DNA of 64,000 nucleotides from Candidatus Poribacteria bacterium (lineage in GTDB: Bacteria > Poribacteria > WGA-4E > PCPOR2b), in contig OZ242326.1 in assembly GCA_965208325.1 (NCBI GenBank), positions 3,968,001 through 4,032,000 on the forward strand. Direction: 5' to 3'. Every line of letters begins with the position of its first letter. The stretch's first letter is position 1. This document shows, one piece after another, positions 10,273 through 20,900 of this stretch. Below the pieces are notes generated by a model, which saw nothing but the letters and a program-made list of their open reading frames with translations, made no database searches and was not told the origin of the DNA. Made by a program: the position numbers and the translations under genes.

Positions 10273-11214
10273 ATGCGAAGTTCATACACGAGCGAGCATT
10301 TCAACTTGGTTATCGACGCTGTGATGGATCGCGCGGATGATGTACGCGCTGTCCTGGCAAAGATGGGGCTTGACACCGCTCATCTAGGGACGGTCGAGCA
10401 TATTCGGGCAAAACATGGTAATCGCCTCTTTAGGATTGCGCTTGGAAGTTCCTCTTATGTATTAAAGGTATTCGGGAATCCGGAGACCTCAAGTGAGATA
10501 AGGGCGTATGACCTCCTGAGAAACCTTGGTGTTCCGACTCTTCGCGCCATTGCGGCCACAGATGATGCGCTTCTACTTGAAGATCTTGAAGTCAGCAGCG
10601 ATTTCAGACTTGCGAGCGAGGGTGATGTCGAAAAGCCTGAAGTTGGCGCTGCACTAGCGCGCTGGTATCGTACTCTTCACGACACAGGCTCAAGGCTACG
10701 GATATGCCTCACTGAGACTACATTCTTGCGCCGTGAGATTGAGGATTTGACTCCTACGTCGATTTTGGATTTAGCCGCGAAGATTGGCAGCTCAGATCGG
10801 TCAGAGTGGATTACTCTAACTGACAGCATTGACAGAATCAAAAACGCCGCGATGGCATCTGCTGAGACGTTGACCTACAATGACTTTCATTGGACCAATT
10901 TGGCACTGTCCCGCGCCGAGAAGCCAATCAGGGCTATTGTGTTTGACTATCATCTTTTGGGTCTAGGATTGCGATATTCGGATTACAGAAACGTGCTATG
11001 TTCTCTTGGGCAAAATGCTGCGGCTGCATTCCGTTCTGAATACGGTGAGACCGATCGGAGGGAGAAAGTTTTGGACGACTTGATGGCGCCTTTGTATGCT
11101 CTCGTGGTAGCCTTCCGCCGTCGCAAATTCCCTTCTTGGGCGGGGGCGCCTCTCGAACTTGTAAAAACGGGGGAGATTCACAGCAGATTTAAAGCGGTCA
11201 TGGAGATGCTGTAA
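10273..11214 (+). CDS. Aminoglycoside phosphotransferase/choline kinase-like protein
   Basis: 'YVLKVF', 'LLLEDL', Brenner-like 'YNDFHWTN', 'VFDY'. Confidence 0.75.
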   Translation: MRSSYTSEHFNLVIDAVMDRADDVRAVLAKMGLDTAHLGTVEHIRAKHGNRLFRIALGSSSYVLKVFGNPETSSEIRAYDLLRNLGVPTLRAIAATDDALLLEDLEVSSDFRLASEGDVEKPEVGAALARWYRTLHDTGSRLRICLTETTFLRREIEDLTPTSILDLAAKIGSSDRSEWITLTDSIDRIKNAAMASAETLTYNDFHWTNLALSRAEKPIRAIVFDYHLLGLGLRYSDYRNVLCSLGQNAAAAFRSEYGETDRREKVLDDLMAPLYALVVAFRRRKFPSWAGAPLELVKTGEIHSRFKAVMEML

Positions 11215-11319
11215 GGGAAGCTGCCAGACTAGTTTTCTCGACACGTGGTGATAGCGGGGGACCTACAATTGACGCCTGTACCTACCGCATGAATTAGCGA
11301 AACCATCAACCGAACTTGC

Positions 11320-12168
11320 TTGAGTGGACGGATGAGTTCAAATCACAGTTACTACAGTCCGGCGTGGGTAGCCGATTACTACGATGAATACGGCGAACAG
11401 GAATGCGAACGATATGATCGGAGACCCGCGAATGAAGTCAGTTTATTCCTCCACACGCATTATCTGAAAAAATTCGTAAAACCCGGGTCGCGAGTTTTGG
11501 ATGTAGGCGCCGGCCCTGGGCGTTTCACCCAAATTTTGGCTGATATGGGTTGCCGGGTTGTGGCGGCAGATATATCCCACGTACAACTCGATTTACATCG
11601 AAAATCTGCGGAAGCGCTGGGTTTTGAAAGTGCCGTGGAGGAACGCCTGCAACTAGACATTTGCGATTTGAGTTGTCTGTCCAGCGATTCGTTTGATGCC
11701 GTTATCTGTTACGGCGGCCCTTTAAGCTATGTCTTCGATCGTGCGTCAACTGCAATGTCCGAATGCGCTCGGGTTTGCCGGAAAGGCGGCCACGTTCTAG
11801 CCAGCGTCATGTCTCTTTGGGGCGCGGCTCATCGGAACTTGGAGATGGTGCTTTCGGTACCGTCGGAAAATAACCAGAAGATTACTGAGACCGGCGACTT
11901 AACGCCGGAGAATTGGAGTGATGTACGCCATCGGTGCCACATGTTTCGCCCCGACGAAGTGCGGCGGATGGTGCGCCAAGCGGAATTGGCGCTAGTTGCG
12001 ATATCCGCTTCAAACTGTGTTTCAAACTGTTGGGATAATCTACTCATTGACGTAATGGCAGATCGAGAAAAGTGGCAGGAACTCCTAAGAATGGAGCTTG
12101 CAGCGTGCAGCGAAGAGGGGTGTTTGGGCATGGGCTCCCACATCATTGTGGTTGGGAGAAAGGAGTAG
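11320..12168 (+). CDS. Class I SAM-dependent methyltransferase
   Basis: 'VLDVGAGPGRF', 'SFDAVIC', 'RVCRKGG'. Confidence 0.9.
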   Translation: MSGRMSSNHSYYSPAWVADYYDEYGEQECERYDRRPANEVSLFLHTHYLKKFVKPGSRVLDVGAGPGRFTQILADMGCRVVAADISHVQLDLHRKSAEALGFESAVEERLQLDICDLSCLSSDSFDAVICYGGPLSYVFDRASTAMSECARVCRKGGHVLASVMSLWGAAHRNLEMVLSVPSENNQKITETGDLTPENWSDVRHRCHMFRPDEVRRMVRQAELALVAISASNCVSNCWDNLLIDVMADREKWQELLRMELAACSEEGCLGMGSHIIVVGRKE

Positions 12169-12312
12169 GCAAGATTTAGGGTTTTATTGAACTCTATTCC
12201 CACTCATGATTCAATTCGCGTAATGGTTTCCAATTCCAAGTAAGCGGGGGACCACCTGCGTAAAGTTTAACTTGTTTGAAGGGTGATAACTCCTGCCAAA
12301 GCGGAGTTTCGG

Positions 12313-13041
12313 ATGTTAAAGCGGATTTCTTCTAATGTATATATGTGGTCCGAGGTTCATGGGGCGGCTAGAAATGAACCGTATATTTGGAACAGCTATC
12401 TGATTCAGGTGAAGGATCGGGGCGTTTTAGTCCTCGTGGATCCACTTCCGCTTTCCGATGAAGAAATTCGAGAAGTTGAAAAAATCGGTGCGCCCACTCA
12501 CATTCTGCTTACATGCAACTGGCACTATCGTGAATCGCATGTATTCAAGGGAAAGTGGGGTTGTGAAGTTCGCCTGCACGAAGACGGATTGGTGGACTCA
12601 GAGGTGCCTATAGACGGAACATTGCAGGATAGGGAGTTGTTGTGGAATCAGATGCAAGTGATTCATGTTCCGGATGTCGGTTGGGCGGAGGAAGTTGCGT
12701 TTCTGGTTAAGGGTGATGGAAATACCATGATTGTCGGGGATTTGCTCTGCGGTGGAAGAAAAGATAGAGGTGTTCCTGACGGTGAAGTTTGGATACATGG
12801 GCCTGAGTATAGCTTGGACCTTAAGAACGCGCGGAACTCTCTTCGGAAGCTGAGTGAATTCTCATTCGAGAAATTGTGTTTTGGTCATGGAACTCCAATC
12901 ACGCAAGCGGCCAGCGTGGTGTTCAACGAATTTATCGAAAATGATGGCGCATGGGAGAAGTTGAAAGTTGAAAAGTTTGAGAGAGCGGATGCTGTCTCGC
13001 GAGAATTTCTGAAGATCATGGAATCAAGAAAAGCACGTTAA
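12313..13041 (+). CDS. MBL-fold metallo-hydrolase
   Basis: 'LVDP', 'HILLTCNWHYR', 'VGD', 'FGHG'. GGAG precedes ATG 12313. Confidence 0.75.
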   Translation: MLKRISSNVYMWSEVHGAARNEPYIWNSYLIQVKDRGVLVLVDPLPLSDEEIREVEKIGAPTHILLTCNWHYRESHVFKGKWGCEVRLHEDGLVDSEVPIDGTLQDRELLWNQMQVIHVPDVGWAEEVAFLVKGDGNTMIVGDLLCGGRKDRGVPDGEVWIHGPEYSLDLKNARNSLRKLSEFSFEKLCFGHGTPITQAASVVFNEFIENDGAWEKLKVEKFERADAVSREFLKIMESRKAR

Positions 13042-13118
13042 GTAGAGATTCTCATGCGGGCTTTAATTGGGGTTCGTTCACCGTGACTGACTTGCTTGAG
13101 CTGTAATATTAGGCTATT

Positions 13119-13841
13119 ATGGAGAAAATCTACGGCAAACATTCAGTTAATGCGGTTTTCCGTACACGCCCCCGCGCTGTTCGACGCATCATTCTTCTAG
13201 CAGGTAGAAAGTCCTCGCTCAACGAAGAGTATTTAGAACATGCACACCGGCACAAAATTCAACCTGAGATATTGCCGCGGGAAAAATTCTTGCGCGCTAC
13301 AGAATTAACTGAAGACGACAAACACCAAGGTATTTGCATATTTACGGAGCCCAGGACGATTTACGGCGAGAAAGATTTGGAAATCCTTCGAGAAGGTCGG
13401 GTTATTCTTGCGCTTGACCAAGTTTCCAACCCTCAAAACTTAGGCACAATGCTTCGGAACGCGGCATTTTTCGGTGCAGACGCGGTTTTATTGTTACGGA
13501 ATCGCTCAACAGATATTACTCCGACCGTAACGCGAGTCGCGGTTGGCGCTGCGGAATTCGTGAAGATTTTCAAGGTGATAAACCTAGCGAGAAGTTTGGA
13601 CGCGCTAAAAAAAATCGGATTTTGGGTGTACGGCTTGGACGAAAGCGGACAGAAAACTCTGGCGGAGACAGATTTCGATGAAAAAACAGTATTTGTCGTC
13701 GGCGCAGAGGGAGAAGGACTTCGTCTCCGAACAAAGAAGTTTTGCGACGAACTTGTGCGTATCCCGGGCGGACAGCATGGCATTGAAAGTTTGAATGCGG
13801 GAGTTGCTACGGCTGTGGCACTGGCGGAGTTTTTTCGCTAA
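13119..13841 (+). CDS. rlmB: TrmH/SpoU family RNA methyltransferase (RlmB-like)
   Basis: 'IYGKHSV', 'HQGI', 'LDQVSNPQNLGTMLR', 'GAEGEGLR', 'ESLNAGVA'. Confidence 0.8.
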   Translation: MEKIYGKHSVNAVFRTRPRAVRRIILLAGRKSSLNEEYLEHAHRHKIQPEILPREKFLRATELTEDDKHQGICIFTEPRTIYGEKDLEILREGRVILALDQVSNPQNLGTMLRNAAFFGADAVLLLRNRSTDITPTVTRVAVGAAEFVKIFKVINLARSLDALKKIGFWVYGLDESGQKTLAETDFDEKTVFVVGAEGEGLRLRTKKFCDELVRIPGGQHGIESLNAGVATAVALAEFFR

Positions 13842-13964
13842 ATGAATGAATCATTTGAATGCGGCATTCTATCAAGCAGATTCTCGGATTTGATCGTAGC
13901 CAACCGAGGTTGGAGGATGGTTCACCCATCCCGCGAAGTATAGGTTCAGAAGGGGATAACGACT

Positions 13965-15698
13965 TTGAAAGAAACTCTACGGGGAAAAGATTCTTCGAGC
14001 GGCGATTCGCCGATGGACGCGGAAAGTATCTGCCAAGCAGCGCAGGCGGGTGACCTTCAGCGGGTTAAGGAAATTCTCGCTGTCAAACCCGAATTGGCCA
14101 CGCAGGATCTCGCCTCAAATAATGAGCACCAGCCGATCCATTTTGCGGCGGAAGAAGGCCACGCTGAAATCGTGCGCGTGCTTCTGGAAGCCGGTGCCGA
14201 TCCGCACAATGGCATTTATCCTCACCGTGAGGCAACGAGTGCGCTGACCATGGCGACAGACCGCGGGCACACCTCCGTCGTTGAGGTCATCAAGGAGTGG
14301 CTCAATGAACAGCATGGAACGACGCCAAAGGGTGAAGCCTTTGCCCAGGCCGCGGCGCGCGGCGATACTGAACGTGTCCGATTGATGCACGATGAGGATG
14401 CTGAACTAATCAATGCAACTGACATGGGCGGGGGAACTGCGCTTTTCAGAGCGGTGCATCGGGCTGATTTGCCGCTATTGCTTGAGTTGCTAGACCGGGG
14501 CGCGGACGTAGACTATCGTGCCGCGGATGGGAGCCGGCCGATTCACCATTGCCTCGCGCACAGTTGGAAGGTGCCCGACGCGATGTACAAAACCTATGTG
14601 CTTCTTGCGGGCGCCTTGATTTCCCGAGGTGCAGCGTATACCCTCTGGGTCGCCTGCGGCGTAGGCGATGTTGAAGGTGTTAAACGAATATTGGACGCGT
14701 GCGAAGACAGAAGTTCATTGTGCAAGAGTCGTGAGCCGTTTTGGAGCGACTATGAGAACCCGCTTGTCGTTGCCTGTTTTCAAGGACATGCAGCAGTCGT
14801 CCAGTTGCTCATTGACGCGGGTGTGGATCCAGATTCGCCATTTGAAATCGACGTCGCCGGCGAGAAGGTGAAGCAATGGGGCCATCCGCTCTGGATTGCG
14901 GCGAACCGCGGGCATTACGATGTTGTAAAATTGCTGCTTGAACGGGGTGCAAACCCAAACACGGCGGTCTATGCCGCCGGTAACGCTGTGTGTTGGGCGT
15001 ATCAATACGGGCACAAGCGCGTTGCCGATTTGATGTTTCAGCACGGTGCGGTTGCGGATCTGTTGAGCTATTGTCTGACAAACAATCTTCCCGCCATCTC
15101 GGAAATTCTTCATCGGGACACATCGGCGCGCGACGGAATACTGTGGGACGCAATCCTGGCGGGCAATGTTGATGTAGTTGCGATGGCGCTGCGCGGTAAC
15201 CCACAGCATGATGAAGCAAACGGATTCAAGCTGTTAGAAGCGGCGGTACGCGGCTGGCGGCTGGGCGACCTGAAAATCAGTAACGAGGGATTCGACCGCC
15301 GCAATGCCATTACAATTCTGGGTAAGTTACTTGAACATGGTGTCAATCCGAATCTGAGAAACCCACGAGATGAACGGTTCAATTTTACGATTTTGCATCA
15401 TCTTGCGGGCAAAAGCTGCAACTCCCGAACGTATGGGCATACGGAGGAAGAGGTCGTCGAATTCGCTCGTCTTCTGCTTAACTACGGCGCCGATGTCAAT
15501 GCCATAGAAAACAAACTCAAGTCAACCCCGCTAGGTTGGGCAGCCCGGTTCGGTTGCAAGGAGTTGGCCGCGTTCCTGCTTGACCGCGGCGCAGACCCCA
15601 ATCTAGCGGACGCGCCGTGGGCGCCACCATTGGCTTGGGCGAAGAGAGAGGGACATACCGAAATTGCCAAAATTCTCCATGAACATGGCGCGGCATAG
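13965..15698 (+). CDS. Ankyrin repeat protein
   Basis: Many ankyrin units, e.g. 'QPIHFAAEEGHAEIVRVLLEAGADP' and 'TPLGWAARFGCKELAAFLLDRGADPN'. Start may be ATG 14013. Confidence 0.9.
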   Translation: MKETLRGKDSSSGDSPMDAESICQAAQAGDLQRVKEILAVKPELATQDLASNNEHQPIHFAAEEGHAEIVRVLLEAGADPHNGIYPHREATSALTMATDRGHTSVVEVIKEWLNEQHGTTPKGEAFAQAAARGDTERVRLMHDEDAELINATDMGGGTALFRAVHRADLPLLLELLDRGADVDYRAADGSRPIHHCLAHSWKVPDAMYKTYVLLAGALISRGAAYTLWVACGVGDVEGVKRILDACEDRSSLCKSREPFWSDYENPLVVACFQGHAAVVQLLIDAGVDPDSPFEIDVAGEKVKQWGHPLWIAANRGHYDVVKLLLERGANPNTAVYAAGNAVCWAYQYGHKRVADLMFQHGAVADLLSYCLTNNLPAISEILHRDTSARDGILWDAILAGNVDVVAMALRGNPQHDEANGFKLLEAAVRGWRLGDLKISNEGFDRRNAITILGKLLEHGVNPNLRNPRDERFNFTILHHLAGKSCNSRTYGHTEEEVVEFARLLLNYGADVNAIENKLKSTPLGWAARFGCKELAAFLLDRGADPNLADAPWAPPLAWAKREGHTEIAKILHEHGAA

Positions 15699-15746
15699 CG
15701 CGCCCAAAGATTTTGCAGAATCGTTTGCGGAATATCGATTGACTAA

Positions 15747-15953
15747 GCGGCTGTTTGAAAAATCGGCAGCAAAGCCATTCTTGAGCGTTTGAGTCGTAAT
15801 GACCTGTCGCCCCTCTGGGGCTCTTGTTATATGGTGATTTGGAGATTCTATAAATCGAATTTAAAGCTATCTTCGATTTGACGATTGAAGTTCCCCTCTG
15901 GTGCTTTGGTTAAAGGAAACCGGTGCAGAGAAAATGAATTTTCAAACAGGTTT
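15747..15953. mobile_element. Putative MITE (non-autonomous IS derivative)
   Basis: 11-bp inverted repeat CTGTTTGAAAA (15751-15761) / TTTTCAAACAG (15939-15949). Each copy lies 4 nt inside a flanking TAA. No ORF. Confidence 0.55.
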
Positions 15954-16147
15954 TAAATCCGACTCCCACTGATGTTCCCTAGAATTAACTACGTCATCGG
16001 GAAGCGCGCCGGAATATGATTTTTCGGCGCTAGGCGATCGCAAACGGTGTGAACACTGCGTTTCCTGCTCCGGTAAACATTAGCCCTTCGTTCAACGGCT
16101 CACGGCTCGGCCATAAAAAAGTGATCCCACGGCTATTACAATTGGTA

Positions 16148-16501
16148 ATGTGCTATAGAATAGACTCGATAGTCAAGGTGATAATTGACAGACCGATGGG
16201 ATCCCGGCATCCCGAACACGGCTTTATCTATCCGGTTAACTACGGGTATGTTCCCGGAACACTCGCCGGGGATGGAGAGGAGCTTGACGCCTACATTCTA
16301 GGCGAATTTGAACCGCTGGATTCGTTCGAGGGGAACGTCATTGGGCTTATCGTCCGCAATGACGACGCCGAGAATAAGTTAGTTGTCTCTCGATATGTGG
16401 ACCGATACGGAGAAGATGAGATTAGGGCGCTGACCGAATTCCAAGAGCGCTTTTTCGATTCCCACGTGATTTCATTTGTTGAGAAGCCTGCAACGGGATG
16501 A
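16148..16501 (+). CDS. Small inorganic pyrophosphatase family protein
   Basis: 'IDRPMGSRHP...YPVNYGYVPGT.AGDGEELDAY' is the family I PPase signature. Confidence 0.85.
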   Translation: MCYRIDSIVKVIIDRPMGSRHPEHGFIYPVNYGYVPGTLAGDGEELDAYILGEFEPLDSFEGNVIGLIVRNDDAENKLVVSRYVDRYGEDEIRALTEFQERFFDSHVISFVEKPATG

Positions 16502-16622
16502 ATTTGCACCTGTGTTTAACAACGCTTCGGTAATCAGGAGAAGAAATCCCCATGTGAAGCGATGTTTGTGCGACTATAATTCGGTGGGAAAACTTTCGTG
16601 AGCAGGGAAATATGCGAATGAG

Positions 16623-17066
16623 ATGGAAGGGTTAAGTATTCGCAAGGCGTGCGCAATCGACAGCGAATTTGTGTTTGCTACAAAGGCGGAGGCATTCCGC
16701 GCATATGTGGAGCAGGTTTGGGGCTGGGACGAGAGCCATCAGAGAGAATTACACAATGCCCGGTTTGCTTCACATGATTTCAGCATTATCGGGTTTCGTG
16801 GGACTAACGTGGGTTACTTTGCAACGTTCAATACTTCTGAAAAGCTCACGCTGCATCAGTTGTTTATCCTTCCCGAATATCAAGGGAGAGGAATTGGGTC
16901 GGCGTGCATGACACGGATTGTCAACGAGGCTAAGATGGAACAAAAGCCCGTGATGCTTCAGGTACTAAAGATTAACACCCGTGCCATCACCTTCTACCAA
17001 AGATTGGAATTCAAAATCGCTGGTAAAAATTGTACACATGTTCGCATGGTGAGAAACCCTGATTAA
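16623..17066 (+). CDS. GNAT N-acetyltransferase
   Basis: 'PEYQGRGIG' and 'N.RAITFYQRLEF'. Confidence 0.9.
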   Translation: MEGLSIRKACAIDSEFVFATKAEAFRAYVEQVWGWDESHQRELHNARFASHDFSIIGFRGTNVGYFATFNTSEKLTLHQLFILPEYQGRGIGSACMTRIVNEAKMEQKPVMLQVLKINTRAITFYQRLEFKIAGKNCTHVRMVRNPD

Positions 17067-17231
17067 GCGGGATTGTTATCCTGCACTTAATTACTACATA
17101 AGTCGGGGCGGCGAGAACGTTGGATGACGACGGTGAGGGAATTGGCTGACGAAAGATGAATAACACTCAGGTGTTGAGGTGCTACACCGCTTGCGTTTCC
17201 TGTTCAGGTGCTTTCTTCACGAGGCACATAG

Positions 17232-17672
17232 ATGTCTGATAGATTCAAACTCATTGCAACCGTCCATGTCTTTCTAACGAAAAATGAAAGTGAAATTTTG
17301 CTCTTGAGGCGCTTCGATACAGGGTACGAAGACGGCAATTATAGCGTGATTGCCGGGCACATCAACGGTAACGAAGAGATTAAGGCAGCCGCAATCCGAG
17401 AAGCGAAGGAAGAGGCGGGAATCGAAATTCAGGCGTCGGACATCAACGTGGTCGGGGTTATGCATAGGAAGGGAGAGGATGAACGGGTGGATTTCTTTCT
17501 TGCTGCCGCTAGATGGAACGGAGGCATCGTCAATGCCGAACCGGAAAAATGTGACGATCTATCCTGGCATTCTGTCCACGATTTACCCGCCAATATGGTG
17601 CCTTATGTTAGGCAGGCACTCGAAAATTATCGGCAGGGCAAATTTTTTGACAGTTTCGGTTGGGAAAATTAA
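17232..17672 (+). CDS. NUDIX hydrolase
   Basis: Nudix box 'GHINGNEEIKAAAIREAKEEAGI' and 'NAEPEKCD'. Confidence 0.9.
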   Translation: MSDRFKLIATVHVFLTKNESEILLLRRFDTGYEDGNYSVIAGHINGNEEIKAAAIREAKEEAGIEIQASDINVVGVMHRKGEDERVDFFLAAARWNGGIVNAEPEKCDDLSWHSVHDLPANMVPYVRQALENYRQGKFFDSFGWEN

Positions 17673-17791
17673 GGAGCTCACACCGCTTCGTGAATCCGTA
17701 CTTTAGCCAAACTATAGATGCTTCGGGTACGGAGATGAGTAACGCGAGACCGATGATTGCAACCGATTTAAATATTTGTTAGGCGCTTTAC

Positions 17792-18565
17792 ATGAATATT
17801 ACTCATGCCGAAATAAAAGAATTTCAAACCGCCGGCCTTGTGACTTTGTCGCCGAATTTTCCTCGCGGATGGCTCGAAGCTGCAAATGAAGCTATAGATG
17901 CGCTCGACGATGCCGATTTCAACCCCGAAGACGGGAGAGGTTTAGCCGGTTGGTATATGGGCGGCGTCGTGCAACCCGAATTATTGAGGCTTATCTACGA
18001 TCCATTCTTCGAGGACGCTGCCAAGAGAGTCTTGCGTGCAGACGCAGTCGAATTAACGCTTGTGTCTCTGCGAGTGACGAAACCTAAGCCCAACGCGGCA
18101 GCGGCGCTTGAACCGCAACACGTTGATTTCAAGTGTGGAACAGTCTCTGCCGGAAGCACACCCGTTGCGATGCCCTGTGGCTTTTTCGTGTGGTTGACGG
18201 ATGTCCAAGCGGATAATTTCCCTTTGTATTACCTCCCCGGCAGTCATTTACAGGTGATGCACTACATGGACAATCATCCGGACGACAATAATCATGAGAT
18301 CCAACAAGTGCCGCCTAATCTCGAGTATGCGCCCGCGGTTCCGGTATTTGCGCAAAGTGGGCAAGTGTCCACGCTTTCAGGGACACTTGTCCACGGCGGA
18401 TCTGTAACGCCAGGGCATCGGGAACGTAGACTTCTCGTGATTGAGTTTAGAGCAAAAGGCACCGATTTTCCGTTGTACGCTCAGTTGGAGGAGCGCAGCA
18501 GAAAATACCTACAGGAGTTGAAGAATCACATGCCAACCGACAGACTGCATCTGCTTCCTGAATAA
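17792..18565 (+). CDS. PhyH family dioxygenase
   Basis: 'HVD', 'YLPGSH', 'LVHGG'. Confidence 0.8.
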   Translation: MNITHAEIKEFQTAGLVTLSPNFPRGWLEAANEAIDALDDADFNPEDGRGLAGWYMGGVVQPELLRLIYDPFFEDAAKRVLRADAVELTLVSLRVTKPKPNAAAALEPQHVDFKCGTVSAGSTPVAMPCGFFVWLTDVQADNFPLYYLPGSHLQVMHYMDNHPDDNNHEIQQVPPNLEYAPAVPVFAQSGQVSTLSGTLVHGGSVTPGHRERRLLVIEFRAKGTDFPLYAQLEERSRKYLQELKNHMPTDRLHLLPE

Positions 18566-18605
18566 ATCATGATATATTTTACTACAGCGCCGAAAATCTC
18601 ACGCC

Positions 18606-19067
18606 ATGAAAATGAAAATTGAAAATCGTGATTGTGTTTTTTGCAGAATCGTAAGTGGCGAGGCGGATTCTGCAACGGTATTTGAGGACGATGTGACGTT
18701 GGCATTCATGGACCGCCGGCAAAGCAACGAGGGGCACGTCTTGGTTGTTCCAAAACGTCATTACGAACAAATCTATGACGTAGACGATGACACTGCATCG
18801 GCGCTTGCCAAAACGGTGCGGAAGGTGGCGCGTGCTGTACGCCATGTCTATGAACCCGAAGGCTTATCCATTTGGCAGTCGAACGGCGCCGCGGCAAATC
18901 AGGAGGTGCCGCACGTTCATTGGCACGTTTTTCCGCGATACACAAACGATAGTCATCTTGTGGTTTATCCTGGGGGTACCTCCGGCAGACCGCGAAACCA
19001 ACCGGTAGAATTTCTAAGGAGGATTTCTGTGCCTTTGATAGAAGCACTTAAGAATGGCATCGCATAA
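18606..19067 (+). CDS. HIT family protein
   Basis: 'CVFCRI', 'GHVLVVPKRH', histidine triad 'HVHWH'. Confidence 0.92.
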   Translation: MKMKIENRDCVFCRIVSGEADSATVFEDDVTLAFMDRRQSNEGHVLVVPKRHYEQIYDVDDDTASALAKTVRKVARAVRHVYEPEGLSIWQSNGAAANQEVPHVHWHVFPRYTNDSHLVVYPGGTSGRPRNQPVEFLRRISVPLIEALKNGIA

Positions 19068-19216
19068 CTTTGAGGTTTAGTGCTATGCTATTGGTGCAGT
19101 TGTTTCCTACGGACAATCCCTCGACAGGTTTTTAATTCGCTTACGAGCAACACGCTAACCAACAATGCTTTTTCCCTCAAAAATGACTCGAACAGCCGAA
19201 CACATGGAGAACAGGT

Positions 19217-19915
19217 ATGAAAATCGGGTCAATTCATGACGCGGCAGCAAACGGCGATCTGGATGCGGTGAAGAGAATCGTTGAACAAGATTCGCAGGTG
19301 GTCAATCAAGATGACGAATATGAATGGCGCCCGATTTTCCACGCCGGACTAAGACGCCACTATGATGTTGTCAAATATCTGATAGACTCCGGTGCCGATT
19401 TGGCAGCTCATGATGGCTATGCCTTGCACTATGCGGGTGAAGTACCGGACAATAAGAATGTCGTATCGTTGCTCGTTTCCTATGGCGGGTTGGACGCACA
19501 CACCAAACCATCATCCGAGCCCGCTCGGCAGTTTATATATGCCGTGTTTTTAGCTAATGTGACGCGGGTAAAATCCATGCTCGGCGATCATCCAGAGTTA
19601 GCACAGGAGCGCTACGCCCGAGGCGATACGGCTATGCACCATGCCGCTCGAAACGGCGACATTAAAGTTGTAGAACAGTTGGTTTCTTATGGCGCGGACG
19701 TTAATGCACGATCAGATCACGAGCATTTTCCGTTGTACTGTGCAGCCGGTCATGGACACTTAGAAACCACCCAATATTTAGTAGAAAATGGTGCGGATTT
19801 ACGGGCTAGACTTAGCGATGGAAAAACAGTCGTTGAATGGCTAAGACAGTATGCGGACGCCGACAGCCGATTTAGGTTATGTCTGGATTTTTTGGAGGCA
19901 CAGGGCGCGACGTAA
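19217..19915 (+). CDS. Ankyrin repeat protein
   Basis: 'IHDAAANGDLDAVK', 'TAMHHAARNGD...GADVN', 'PLYCAAGHGH'. Confidence 0.9.
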   Translation: MKIGSIHDAAANGDLDAVKRIVEQDSQVVNQDDEYEWRPIFHAGLRRHYDVVKYLIDSGADLAAHDGYALHYAGEVPDNKNVVSLLVSYGGLDAHTKPSSEPARQFIYAVFLANVTRVKSMLGDHPELAQERYARGDTAMHHAARNGDIKVVEQLVSYGADVNARSDHEHFPLYCAAGHGHLETTQYLVENGADLRARLSDGKTVVEWLRQYADADSRFRLCLDFLEAQGAT

Positions 19916-20049
19916 TAGGGGCTTTCGGTGATTGTTAAACCGGCGTGTACCATGATCGGTTTCGGAGGATTGGGCTGACGTAATTTCTTACTGCTCTAGG
20001 GACTCTATGCGGCACACGAGTTTTGTAGAGATTCCCTGAGGAAGGTTTC

Positions 20050-20793
20050 ATGTCGATTGAATCTTTAGCCGACTTTGAAGGCATGTCACGGGTCGGAAAA
20101 GCTGTTGCGGCAACGTTGAAGGCAATGTCGGACTACGTTCGTCCAGGGGTTGCGACTGCGGAAGTAGATTGGGTTGGCGCGCAAGTTCTCAGGCAGCACG
20201 GGGCGCGGTCAGCACCTCAACTCATCTATGATTTCCCAGGTGTCAATCTGATTAGCGTCAACGATGAAGTCGTTCACGGTATTCCCGGCGATCGGCTTTT
20301 GCAAACTGGGGATTTGGTAAGCCTTGACGTTACCGCAGAGCTTGATGGATACATCGCAGATGCGGCTACAACCATTCCGCTCCCACCGTATTCTAGAAAG
20401 GCCGCGAAGTTGTGCCGGTGTGCGAAAACAGCCTTTGAAAAGGCGGCGACGGTTGCCCGCGCCGGAAGGCCTATCCATTGTATTGGAAAAGCCGTTGAAC
20501 GAGAGGTGGGGAGAGATGGATTCTCCGTGATTGAGGAGTTAGGAGGTCACGGTGTTGGCAGGCACATCCATGAACGTCCGTTCGTTGCCAACTTTTTCCA
20601 TCCAACCGATACACAGCCGTTGACGGACGGTCTGGTAATCACGATTGAACCGCTGATTGCCGAAGGTATGGGGAAAATTTTTGAGGACGATGATGGCTGG
20701 ACAATTCGAACAGTCGATGGCGGTCTATCTGCCCATTATGAACACACCGTTGTGATTAGGGAAGGTCAGCCAATTTTACTTACGGCGGCGTAG
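20050..20793 (+). CDS. map: Type I methionine aminopeptidase
   Basis: 'ISVNDEVVHGIP', 'GHGVG..IHE', 'ITIEP', 'SAHYEHT'. Confidence 0.93.
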   Translation: MSIESLADFEGMSRVGKAVAATLKAMSDYVRPGVATAEVDWVGAQVLRQHGARSAPQLIYDFPGVNLISVNDEVVHGIPGDRLLQTGDLVSLDVTAELDGYIADAATTIPLPPYSRKAAKLCRCAKTAFEKAATVARAGRPIHCIGKAVEREVGRDGFSVIEELGGHGVGRHIHERPFVANFFHPTDTQPLTDGLVITIEPLIAEGMGKIFEDDDGWTIRTVDGGLSAHYEHTVVIREGQPILLTAA

Positions 20794-20900
20794 CGGTTAA
20801 TGTTCTGTTGACGCTCGTTTCTTGCTGCGGAAAAAATGCGCTTTCGCCTTTCAGATTACGGCAGGAGTCACTTGAGAAATGGCGCACAAAAGGCTTCAAA

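Noticed and set aside
10273..11214. Bona fide aminoglycoside resistance gene
   Set aside because: Only generic APH/choline-kinase fold motifs; substrate cannot be inferred.
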